Assembly: GCA_965197525.1 (NCBI GenBank)
Contig: OZ240211.1
Location: 2,080,001-2,144,000, forward strand
Reading direction: 5' to 3'
Origin: Nitrosopumilus sp.
GTDB taxonomy: Archaea > Thermoproteota > Nitrososphaeria > Nitrososphaerales > Nitrosopumilaceae
Length of the DNA: 64,000 nucleotides
The position numbers and the translations under genes are program-made. This document shows positions 1 through 11,200 of this stretch, in pieces (position 1 is the first letter of the stretch; the number at the start of each line of letters is the position of its first letter). The notes under the pieces are model-generated. The model searched no databases, had not been told where the DNA came from, and saw only the letters and a program-made list of their open reading frames with translations.

Positions 1-157
1 AATTATTACATCTCCATATCCTCATATGAATACCATCGTCAATACTTGCAACATATTTTTTGTTATCTGTCTTGATAGTCCTTGGAATGTAATTTAGTCC
101 ATTATTCTCAAGCCATTCGTTTTGTTGACAGTTCGGACATTTGATTTTTGGTGGCAT
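1..157 (-). CDS. Small zinc-ribbon-like protein (partial, runs off left edge)
   Basis: Manual translation from ATG at 157: MPPKIKCPNCQQNEWLENNGLNYIPRTIKTDNKKYVASIDDGIHMRIWRCNN...; CxxC plus a second Cys; frame open to the window edge. Confidence 0.7.
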   Translation of the reverse strand, partial: MPPKIKCPNCQQNEWLENNGLNYIPRTIKTDNKKYVASIDDGIHMRIWRCNN

Positions 158-1064
158 GTACGGTACTATGGTATAGAAAAGAGTCAAAGAAAAATATTGC
201 TATTTGCAATTATCATGGAATGCAATAACTTGTCACAATGTGTAATTGCTATAGTCAGATATACCGTTTCAAATTTGATCCCGCCTATCAGTTTTTGACG
301 TTTTTTTATGCATTTTATGAATTTTGTAAATATTTTACTTTGCTAGTAGGAGTGGCTTATCAAGATATCAAGATTTTTACTCTTGACTTGTTTGATTCTT
401 TTGTTTTTGTGTATTAACATAATGATTTGTAAACATATTCATACAAACATGCAGTGACTGTGACGAACATATAGTGTTTTTCTTATCTCTTTACAAAATT
501 TGATTTTGTGTATATTTCTTGTACAAAAATCTTTGATTAATGTGGCAAATAAATCTATTAGCAATATTTCAGTGTCATGCAATTAAAATTCTTTTTAATA
601 TTCGCATCATGCTAGTTAGTATATCAAGTTTGTAAACGACAAGATATTGATATAGTGTCTATGCCTATATCGATTATAAAAAATATGTTAAATTATAGAG
701 ATTATGGGTAATCAACCATAATATTTGCATAATATATGATTTCATGATATATGTTGTATCTTACAAACACGATAAGATAAAGTAAATGTATACACTCTGA
801 TCCACTGTTTTTTTAGGCACGAAAATGTCAATATTTTTGTAAAAACATACATAGTCAAAAACAAGATTTGATCACCTGCAATTAATTAATTGCTAAGTTT
901 AAACAGATTATGCATAATCTATATTACCCATAACCTCTTATATATAAAATAATTATTTGATTTATGCTTTTTATGCGATTTTATTTTGATCAAAGATAAC
1001 CAATCCTACACACAATGTCATTAAGTGATTAGAAAAGAAAAGATAATAATGTTGTTGGTTTGAA

Positions 1065-1832
1065 TTAGTATCCTTTTGGTAGTGTGCCCTTTTGTTTTGG
1101 TTTGGCCGTTTGTTGTGTTTCTACAACAATGCCTTCAACAGTTAGTGGAACCCCACTAAAGCTTCCAAATGTCTTGTCAGGAGGGTGGTATGCCAACCTT
1201 GGTCGCGTTGCAAAGTATTGGTTTGATGGTTGTGTGTATCCGGTGACTGCCACCTTTTGACGATTCCAATCTTCAGTTGGAACTGTCCCTACAGGAGCAG
1301 TTAATCTAACAAAGTATCTGTTAGGAGCTGGTGAATAACCGGTAACGTTTGTTCTGTACTGATGGAAGTCAGTTGTTGGGGCGTTTCTGTATGCATCCTC
1401 TAATGCCTCTTGTACTGTTGCTGGCGGTTGTGATGCTGTCTCCTCTTGGTTTGCTACCTCTGTTGGTTCCGGTGCTGGAGCAGGTTTCTCAAAGCCCTTA
1501 GGTAAGGTTGCTTTTGGTTTTGCTACCTCAGCTGGTTTTGGTTCCGGTGCTGGAGCAGGTTTCTCAAAGCTCTTAGGTAAGGTTGCTTTTGGTTTTGCTA
1601 CCTCAGCTGGTTTTGGTTCCGGTGCTGGAGCAGGTTTCTCAAATCCTTTGGGCAAAGTGCTTTTGGGTTTTGCTACCTCAGCTGGTTTTGGAGCGTCTGA
1701 AGTTTTGACGTTTTCAGATTTAACTGTCTCTGATTTTTTGTCTATCAAAGTACCAAGTTTGTTTATTTTTGCTTCTAATTCAGCAATCTTGTTTTCAAGA
1801 TCTTTTTTTGTTTGCTTTTTAGCAGCTGCCAT
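1065..1832 (-). CDS. Lys/Pro/Ala-rich repeat protein with N-terminal coiled coil (function unknown)
   Basis: 255-aa ORF; coiled-coil-like N-terminus KKDLENKIAELEAKINKL; three 25-aa repeats KPAEVAKPKxTLPKGFEKPAPAPEP. Confidence 0.75.
   Translation of the reverse strand: MAAAKKQTKKDLENKIAELEAKINKLGTLIDKKSETVKSENVKTSDAPKPAEVAKPKSTLPKGFEKPAPAPEPKPAEVAKPKATLPKSFEKPAPAPEPKPAEVAKPKATLPKGFEKPAPAPEPTEVANQEETASQPPATVQEALEDAYRNAPTTDFHQYRTNVTGYSPAPNRYFVRLTAPVGTVPTEDWNRQKVAVTGYTQPSNQYFATRPRLAYHPPDKTFGSFSGVPLTVEGIVVETQQTAKPKQKGTLPKGY
1465..1689. repeat. 3 x 75-bp in-frame tandem repeat
   Basis: CAGGTTTCTC recurs at 1481, 1556 and 1631 (75-bp period). Confidence 0.95.
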
Positions 1833-1926
1833 GATTTGGTTGATTCTATAGGGGTTTATTTACATTTTGATTTCAAATACCTGAACACGATCAAGTTTTA
1901 TACGTTGATATAATATACAGTATATC

Positions 1927-2301
1927 ATGGACGACTTTGAAAAAGAGTACCCTGAATTTGACTGGAAGAATACCCCTGCATACAAACATCCGGGAGGTAG
2001 AAATTGCCCATGTCCCAAACACGAATACATTAGAGAGCAGATAAATTTTACTAGACAAGTAAACCAAAAGGGTCAAGAACCATCCAAAGTTACCCTAAAG
2101 TTTTGTCCTGATCACTACAAAGTGTACTATGAGGAAGTAATTCCTTCGATGCCGTTCAAATACAAGCTTTTAACAAAAGTAGCTTTAAAACTTGGAGCGA
2201 TTCAAATCGAGCAGCTAAAGTATATGGAATCAGAGTTATGCTTTTACTGTAAATTCGGGTCTGGTGGTCATGACAAAAAGAACGAACTACCTCCAATGTA
2301 G
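1927..2301 (+). CDS. Hypothetical protein, Cys/His-containing
   Basis: 124-aa ORF with CPCPKH, CPDH and CFYC motifs; natural composition. Confidence 0.7.
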   Translation: MDDFEKEYPEFDWKNTPAYKHPGGRNCPCPKHEYIREQINFTRQVNQKGQEPSKVTLKFCPDHYKVYYEEVIPSMPFKYKLLTKVALKLGAIQIEQLKYMESELCFYCKFGSGGHDKKNELPPM

Positions 2302-2500
2302 TCTGGATAAAATTCTGCAAAACCAAAGTTTACCTGTGTAGTTAAGTGTTATTGTTAATACAGCTAACCCCGAATTACCTCAAAAAATCACTTATCACAG
2401 CAGTCGTATCCAATATCAGAACCACAAAGTAAAGGACGTTATCATGCTTGATTCATGATTCACACAAATCTCATCTAGTTGAATTTATTCTAACTATTGC

Positions 2501-2713
2501 ATGGATGATGATATACAGGTAATCATTATCGATGAATTATATCAAAATATGAGTATGGCATCAGCTATGAAGATATCAGTGAAATTCAAGACGTCTATGA
2601 CAAATACGGTGATGGCGGCGGTGGCCTCGGCCGTGATTTTGAGCTATACGAGTAATCCAAAGTTAGCAACAACAGCATATGTTTTAACACGAGTTGTGTC
2701 GTATGTGTATTAG
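2501..2713 (+). CDS. Small hypothetical protein
   Basis: 70-aa ORF with a hydrophobic stretch; no recognised motif. Confidence 0.3.
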   Translation: MDDDIQVIIIDELYQNMSMASAMKISVKFKTSMTNTVMAAVASAVILSYTSNPKLATTAYVLTRVVSYVY

Positions 2714-2752
2714 AATGTTGGTTTGCCGTGTATTTGTTAATTGCATTAATTA

Positions 2753-3700
2753 TCACCACATGTTAAACAACAAAAGCGAATAAACAAAACAAAATACACG
2801 CGCGCCTGTCTTGCGACTGCGTGTCTTGGCCCTCATACTCTCTAGCTTGGCATAGTAACCTGTCTCTATTCCCCGGCGCGCAGAGTATATGTCAGGATCT
2901 AATTCTGGAGTGCTGATGGCAAATCCGATATATTCATCCTCTGGTGCAGCAGCAGCAAAACACGCCGATTTTTTGACTCGTCTTCTCTTCTTTATTGATA
3001 AAAAGTAGGATTCTTCTTTCCCGTCTACACTTTTTATCATATATTCTGATACTAGGCCCCTGTTGTTTTCTGCAAACTCCCTTAATGCATCTTTACTGCG
3101 GGGGTGTTTTTGGCAGGAATGACGTAATCGATGCCTCTTTTCTTTAATTCCCGTATGGTCTGCACTGCAAAGAATTCTCTATCTGGCAGTACTGCATGTA
3201 TATTGATTCTGGTCAACAAAAGACTGTCAAAAAGTATGTCTCCAACTGCCTCAGGGCCTGAAACCAGAGCTGGAACGCGCTGTTCTGCCAGGTTCAGACG
3301 TATGCCCTTATTTATGCACTGGGCAGTTATGGTTGCTCAAAGGCATTTGTCCCATTTTTGCTCTTACCGGGTTTGAGTTCCAGACCAGGCATCCTGCCAT
3401 AACGTGCTATCTTGTACATATCAATTGCTATCACAAGTCCTTTTTTTTGAATCATGTTCATGATGCGTAACGCGTCTATCTGTTCAGAGACTGACGGTGA
3501 GGCAAACCAAGACATTGCATCAGACTCGTTTATGGATGCAAGCACGGTACGAAACCACTCGTCACTTGGATGAACGCGATTTACTTTGATATTGTTTGCA
3601 ATATGTGCATCTCGTAACCTGTTGGCTGTACTCCCAACTGATGCGTCTAGTAATGCAGCTTGTGTCATGCCTTTGTTCAGATCAGATATGTCATATGATC
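2753..3700 (-). pseudogene. ISH3/IS4-superfamily DDE transposase, frameshifted relic
   Basis: Fragments in changing frames carry the catalytic motifs in order: LVIAIDMYKIARY...GKSKNGTNAFE (first D), HAVLPDREFFAVQTI (second D), YSARRGIETGY...RAKTRS...FNMW (YREK-like E motif); boundaries approximate. Confidence 0.8.
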
Positions 3701-4489
3701 AGTATGCCATGCAGGAAGATATACAACACTGTTTAGTGTGTTTTCCAGAGATGCGTTTATCTGGTTATAGACTGGAGGATTATTTCTTATGGCGCGTTTT
3801 AGTTGATTTTTGTTGGACAAATTAAAACCACTGTCGTCCCGGTTCATTTTAGTTCCTCCAAAGGACACGTTACACATTCTGAATGTGTGGGAATCATCAT
3901 TGATGCAGATGACATCCATTTTATCCCGTATTCTGTAATCCGTATGCTGACAGATTCCAGGCATGTATACAAAATATAATTTGCCATGATTGACCTGACA
4001 GTAAAGAAAAACTTTCTGACACCCTTGAAGAATTTCCTTGTGAGTGATATTTGATGTGTGTCTTTTCATTGTGATGATTGAAGGGATCTCACACCATTAG
4101 TTTTTAATCTGCAATATCAAACAATGTATACAGTTTACCCATTTAGATGAGATTGTATCTCTAACCGGTCATAGCATAACCCAAATTCGAGTATCAATGC
4201 AGTGTTAATCGATAATTAGGCTGGTTTTGGGTAATTCTGGGTTAGCTGGTCTTTAATTTTTAATATACATGGGATCACAGCACCTAGCATCAATTTGTAT
4301 ACTGATAATCAAAAGTTTATCTGTATGTAAATTTTACTGGACTACAAACCGTATTGGTCACATCATGCTAAACTTATGTATGGACACAAAACCAGAAGAT
4401 CTTAAAAAAGCTGCATCTATAGTAAATGATTTTGATAATAGGTGTTCATGTAATCCCTTAATCCGCGCCTAACTGCAATCCACATAGAT

Positions 4490-4680
4490 CTTCCCATAGA
4501 CACAAGTCAAGATGGGACGTGAACTTGTTGATTTTGTATCCCAAAACAAGGATGTGAGGATGTTATACCTGCCAACTGCCAGAGCTTGACGCCATTGAAA
4601 AATACTGGCATTAGGCAAAACATGACACTGATGTCAGAATATTATACTACGTTTGAAAATATGCGTCACGTGTTATTTTA
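4490..4680 (+). pseudogene. IS630-family transposase C-terminal relic
   Basis: Across three frames: RELVDFVSQNKDVRMLYLP / PELDAIEKYWH*AKH / LMSEYYTTFENM, matching the IS630 LYLPxYSPELNPIExxW motif; frameshifts and an in-frame stop. Confidence 0.7.
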
Positions 4681-5247
4681 AGACATCAGGACATAGGAAC
4701 CAAAGCTTGATGTGATGAGATATGTTGGCAGGAAATCCACGACCTTGATGAACTTTTGGTTTCAAGTTTTTTACACAAGATAAAAACCTGTTCAGATTAA
4801 AGATCTAGTAGTGTTTATTGCAAATGTCATTTTGATTGAAAAATGAACAGCTTTTTGTCTAATACTGTCAATAATCTCTAATGTGTACTTACTAGTCTAA
4901 GACTAGTTCAGATGACCTCTTTGTTATATGATGACTGTTTTTAACACTCTATGTGACTTTTGTAATTCTTTCAAGTAGTGTTGCTACTGATCACAATCAA
5001 GACAAAGTACTTGGTAAAGCTTCAAGTTGTCAAAAATACGATAAAAAAACCTCCAGTCAATTACCGTATCGTTGTTTACAAGAGATATGGTGAATAGTCA
5101 TGACTGCAAACTATGTTAATAATAATAACAATACTGACAATGTTACTGCCAAGAATAGCAAAAACAGACTCTATACATACAATATCCCATTCTCAAACTC
5201 CTCTCTGACTGCAATATTGACTATAGTTGTTTTAGCTAGTCTGAAGA

Positions 5248-8200
5248 ATGTTGTGGGGGGGGGGGGTGTGTGGTCTGAGGAAGAGAAGAGACGGTAGAAC
5301 CGTGGCAATCGCGGCGCTGGCGCTTGTGATGGCGGCCGGGCTCTTGATCATGCAGCCTGGAGGCTTGACCGGCGCGCCCACTTGGGACGGCGGTGTTGCC
5401 GTTCTGAATGCGTGGCCTCCGTCTGGTGATACCGTATTCGCGTGGCTGTTGTCAGAATATGCGTTTGCGCAGGTTCAAGACAGCACCCTCCCAACCTTTG
5501 TCTCCTCTGATCTTCATGCGGGTACAGGTGTGCTGAGTATTACCTTTTCAGAGGACATAGACGCGACGCCCAAAACAGAGGTCGATACATCCAAAATACA
5601 CATAAGGGAGTCGGGCACATACACCGGAGGTGTGACACTGACTGTAACAGAACTTGATACCAACACAGACGGCACCACGATCTCGTTTACACTTACTGCG
5701 TCGCACAATGCAACTGTCGCGGGGCTGACCACACCCGAACTGACCATAGAACCCGGGGCGGTAAGTGACATTGCCGGAAACCCCATCATGAGCACGTTTG
5801 ATGTCAGCACGGCATCCTGGGTTGACGCTACCTCCGTCCGAGCGCAGGATGATAATCCGTCAGGCATGGCATTTTCAAGCAACGGCACCAAGATGTTCGT
5901 GGTGGGTAATGATGGAAACGACATAAACGAGTACAACCTGACCTCCCCATGGGACGCCTCCACTAGGACCTTTGTTGACGCTACCTCCGTCCGAACGCAG
6001 GATCATACTCCGACAGGCATGGCATTTTCAAGCAACGGCACCAAGATGTTCGTGGTGGGTAGTGCTGGAATCGACATAAACGAGTACAACCTGACCTCCC
6101 CATGGGACGCCTCCACTAGGACCTTTGTTGACGCTACCTCCGTCCGAACGCAGGATTTTATTCTGACAGGCATGGCATTTTCAAGCAACGGCACCAAGAT
6201 GTTCGTGGTGGGCGAATTCTATAACCACATAAACGAGTACAATCTGACCTCCCCGTGGGACGCCTCCACTAGGACCTTTGTTGGTGCCTTTGACGTCTCG
6301 GGGCAGGAGGCTGTCCCACAAGGCATGGCATTCTCAAGCGACGGCACCAAGATGTTCGTGGTGGGTAGTGCTGGAATCGACATAAACGAGTACAACCTAT
6401 CCTCCCCGTGGGGCGTCTCCAATGCGGACTTTGTAGACGCCTTTGACGTCTCGGGGCAGGAGGCTAGCCCACGAGGCATGGCATTCTCAAGCGACGGCAC
6501 CAAGATGTTCGTGGTGGGTAATGACGGCGTCGAAATAAACGAGTATGCATTAAGCTCAGTCTATCCAATTACCGTGATCTCCGCTACAGGGACGGACGCC
6601 TTTATCACCACGTGGCAGACGACTTCAGCAGGCGAGTCCATAACCATTCCCGTGGGTGATGCGACTGGCAACTATACTGTACACTGGGGTGATGACATCA
6701 CCAGCACTCACATTACTGATGCCACCCACACGTACGATTTAGCAGGCAACTATACAGTCAGCATATCAGGTGATTTTACCAGGATAAATCTCGGTGGAGA
6801 CACTACGATGAACGCTGACAAACTAAAGTCGATAGAGCACTGGGGTGATATATCGTGGACCACAATGCAGGATGCGTTCCGGGAAGCAACTAAGATGACA
6901 TACAACGCCACTGACACCCCCGACCTTTCGGCCGTGACTAGCATGCAGAACATGTTCCGCCACGCTGAAAAGTTCAACGGCAACCTGTCTGACTGGGACG
7001 TCTCAGGCGTGGAGAACATGGACGGGACGTTCCGCGGCGCCTCAATCTTCAACGGCGACCTCTCCGGCTGGGACACCTCCGGCTCGAACAACATGCAGAA
7101 GATGTTCCAAGCCAATCAGCACTTCAACGGCGACCTCTCCGGCTGGGACACCTCCGGCGTGACCAACATGCAAGACATGTTCAGCGCCGCCTCAGACTTT
7201 AACGGCGACCTCTCCGGCTGGAACGTCTCTGCCGTGACCAACATGAAAGGCATGTTCCTCAACACCCTCAACTTCAACCAGAACCTCTCCGGCTGGAACG
7301 TCTCCAAAGTGACCGACATGAGAAGTATGTTCAATACCGCCATCTCCTTCAACCAGAACCTCTCCGGCTGGGACGTCTCAAACGTTACCGACATGGACAA
7401 CATGTTCAACGGCGCCTCAATCTTCAACGGCGACCTCTCCGACTGGAACGTCTCCAAAGTGACCGACATGAGTGACATGTTCTCCAACGCCATCAACTTC
7501 AACCAGAACCTCTCCGACTGGAACGTCTTAAACGTTACCGACATGCACAACATGTTCACCACCGCCACGGACTTTGACGGCGACATCTCCGGCTGGAACG
7601 TCTCCAAAGTGACCGACATGCAATACATGTTCAACGCTGCCGCGTCCTTCAACGGCGACATCTCCGGCTGGAACGTCTCCAAAGTGACCGACATGAGCAA
7701 CATGTTCCTCGATGCGCTTTCCTTTGATCAGAACCTGGGTCCATGGTACATTACACCGGATTCTGTATACTTTTCTTATGTTGACTCACTTAACGTCACT
7801 GACATAACTCCACAGAATGACGTACTTGCAGGACACAACCCGGTATACGGCATCGGAACAGGCGGTAACTTTGAACTGTTTGAGATAGTGTCTGGTTCTG
7901 ATACTCTGGCATTCAAGGCAGCACCAACCAGTATAGGTGTATATAATGCCAACGTGACTGCTACTGAAGGTACAGTCTTTGAGAGTGACAATAATTACCG
8001 CATGGTACAGGTAACTGTATCTAGCATTCCGATAGACCCTGACTTGTTTATAACTACGTGGGAGACCTTTTCTCCCAATAAGTCCATAACCATTCCCGTT
8101 GGAGATGCGACTGGCAACTATACTGTACACTGGGGTGATGACAGCGTTACCACTCACATAACTGATGCTACCCACACGTACGCTACAGCAGGCGACCACA

Positions 8201-11200
8201 CAGTCACCATATCAGGAGACTTTACCAGAATACATCTGGGTGGGCATTCAGTTCAAAACGCAATTAAACTGCAGTCGATAGACCAGTGGGGCAGCATACA
8301 ATGGGAGTCCATGAACGGGGCGTTTTCCGGGGCGCTATCCATGACATACAACGCCACTGACACGCCGGACCTCTCCGGGGTAAGGGACACATCATCCATG
8401 TTCCATTCTGCGGATGCTTTTAACGGCAACCTCTCCGACTGGGATGTCTCAAAAGTGACCAACATGAGAGGCATGTTCCAGTCCGCCGACGTCTTTGACG
8501 GCGACATCTCCGGCTGGAACGTCTCCTCAGTCACCAATATGGAGAACATGTTTACCAGTACCCCCTTTAACGGCGACATCTCCGGCTGGAACGTCTCCTC
8601 AGTTACCACCATGGCCAACATGTTCAACGACGCCTCGAAGTTTAACGGCGACATCTCCGGCTGGGACGTCTCCTCAGTTACCATCATGGCCCGCATGTTC
8701 AACGACGCCTCGAAGTTTAACGGTGACATATCATCTTGGAACGTCTCACAGGTAACCAACATGAGCCATATGTTCAACGATGCCATCTCCTTTAACCGGG
8801 ATCTCTCCTGGAACGTCTCCTCAGTTACTAGCATGAGTGAAATGTTCCACGGTGCCTCCGACTTTGACGGTGACATATCATCTTGGAACGTCTCTGCAGT
8901 CCAATACATGTTCCGCATGTTCCGCGATGCCGACTCCTTCAACCAGAACATATCATCTTGGAACGTCTCCTCAGTTACTAGCATGAGGGAGATGTTTAGC
9001 GGCGCTGATGATTTTGAGCAGAACCTGGGACCATGGTACATTACACAAGATTCTGTAGACTTTTCTTATGTTGACTCACTTAACGTCACTGATATAACGC
9101 CACAGAATAACGTACTTGCAGGACACAACCCGGTATACGACATCGTAGCAGGTGGTAACTTTACACTGTTTGAGATAGCGTCCGGTTCTGACACCCTTGC
9201 ATTCAAGGCAACACCAACCAGTAACGGTCTTCATCAGGTCAACGTGACTGCTGCCGGTAGTTCAGTCTTTGAGAATGGCAATAATCACCGCATGGTACAG
9301 GTAGCTGTATCTGGCATTCAGATAGATAGTACTCCACCTAATCTTATCTCTATATCACGCGACACTCCTAGCACTGTACACACATCTGCTACTACCCTGG
9401 TGTTTAATGCCACGTTTAATGAACCGGTAACCAATGTGGGTGTTGCTGACTTTGCAGTGACAGGCACCGGTACGGGCACGGTATTCGGCGTATCGGGTGA
9501 TGGCGCGTCATACCTGGTAACGGTCACGGTAGGTAGTGATGGAACCATCGGCCTGGATATCGCATCAGGACACGACATAACCGATACTGCAGGCAACCCC
9601 CTGACAACCACCGCTGTCACACCCGACCCGGACGAGTCATTCACCGTTGACACCGCACAGTTTACACCGTCAATCAGCGCCAACGTCACATCGCCTACAA
9701 ACCAGCAGTCTATAAAATTTACAGTTGACTTTACTGAGGAGATTGACCCTGCCACATTTACCGTATCTGACATAGATGAATCTCAAGGTACCGTCTCTAC
9801 ACCTACCACAAACAACAACCAGAAGTTCACATTTGAGATAACGGGACTGGTCGAAGGTATCCTTACAGTCTCCATTCCAGTTAACACTGTGGATGATCTT
9901 GCACAAAACAAGAACATTGTCTCAAATACAGTTACAATCACCATTGATACCACTGCCCCATCACTCTCATCAATATCTAGAGGCTCACCTACAACAGAGC
10001 TAACCTCTGACACATCACTTGAATTTGCAGTCGACTTTAGCGAATCAGTAACCGGAGTTGATACATCTGACTTTGTCGTATCAGGTAACGGTACAGGTTC
10101 TGTATCTGGCATCTCAGGCTCTGGCTCTAGTTATACCGTCACAGTAGGTGTAACATCAAACAGTGGTACGATAGGATTGGATCTTGTAGCAAACAACCAT
10201 GGCATCATTGATTCTGCAGGTACTGCACTAACTGATACTAGTCCTGACACTGATGAAACCTACACAATTGACGCCATCTCCCCATCATTGACATCCATAA
10301 CTAGACACTCGCCTACAGCTGCAATCACATCTGAGACCAACCTTAACTTTACAGTTACATTCAGCGAACCGGTAATCAATGTTGGTCCAACTGACTTTGT
10401 GTTATCCTCCGGTACAGGCACCATAACCGTCGTACCTACCAATGCATCATCCTATGTGGTTACCGTCGCAGTTGCCGCTGATGGCATTATCAACTTGGAT
10501 GTTGCATCAGGACACAACATAACCGATAACGTGGGCAACCCTCTAGCTGCCACCGCACCCAACCCGGACGACTCCTTTACAGTTGATACTACACAGTTTA
10601 CACCGTCAATCAGCACCGACACCGCATCAACTACAAACCAGCAGTCGATAACATTTGAAGTCAACTTTGGCGAGCCAATCAACGCTACCACATTTACTGC
10701 ATCTGACATAGATGAATCCCAAGGCACCGTCTCCGCACCTGCCACAACCGACAACCAGAAATTCGTATTTGACATAACGGGACTGACAGAAGGCCCCCTT
10801 ACAGTCTCCATTCCAGCCGACACTGTGGACGACCTTGCAGAAAACAAGAACCTGGCATCCGACATACTCGAATTCACCATTGACACCACCGCCCCGTCGC
10901 TCTCGTCAATATCCAGGGACTCGCCTGCAGCAGAGCTGACCTCCGAGACATCACTTGACTTTGCAGTTGATTTTAGCGAATCAGTTGTCAATGTGGACTC
11001 AGATTACTTTGTGTTATCCTCTGGTACAGGCTTTGGTACAGGCGACATAACCGTCTCTACTGTCAATGCATCATCCTATGTGGTTACCGTCGCAGATGCC
11101 ACTGATGGCATCATCGACTTGAGTGTTGCATCTGTCCATGACATAACCGATATTGCAGGCAACCCTCTAACTGCCACCGCACCCAACCCGGACGACTCCT

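Noticed and set aside
200-1060. Long AT-rich gap as a replication origin or ncRNA
   Set aside because: No repeated ORB-like boxes, no adjacent cdc6 and no convincing stable structure seen; left unannotated.
3677-4472. ORFs 3677-4069 and 4269-4472 as real genes
   Set aside because: No recognisable motifs; they lie between and partly within IS relics and are probably decay products.
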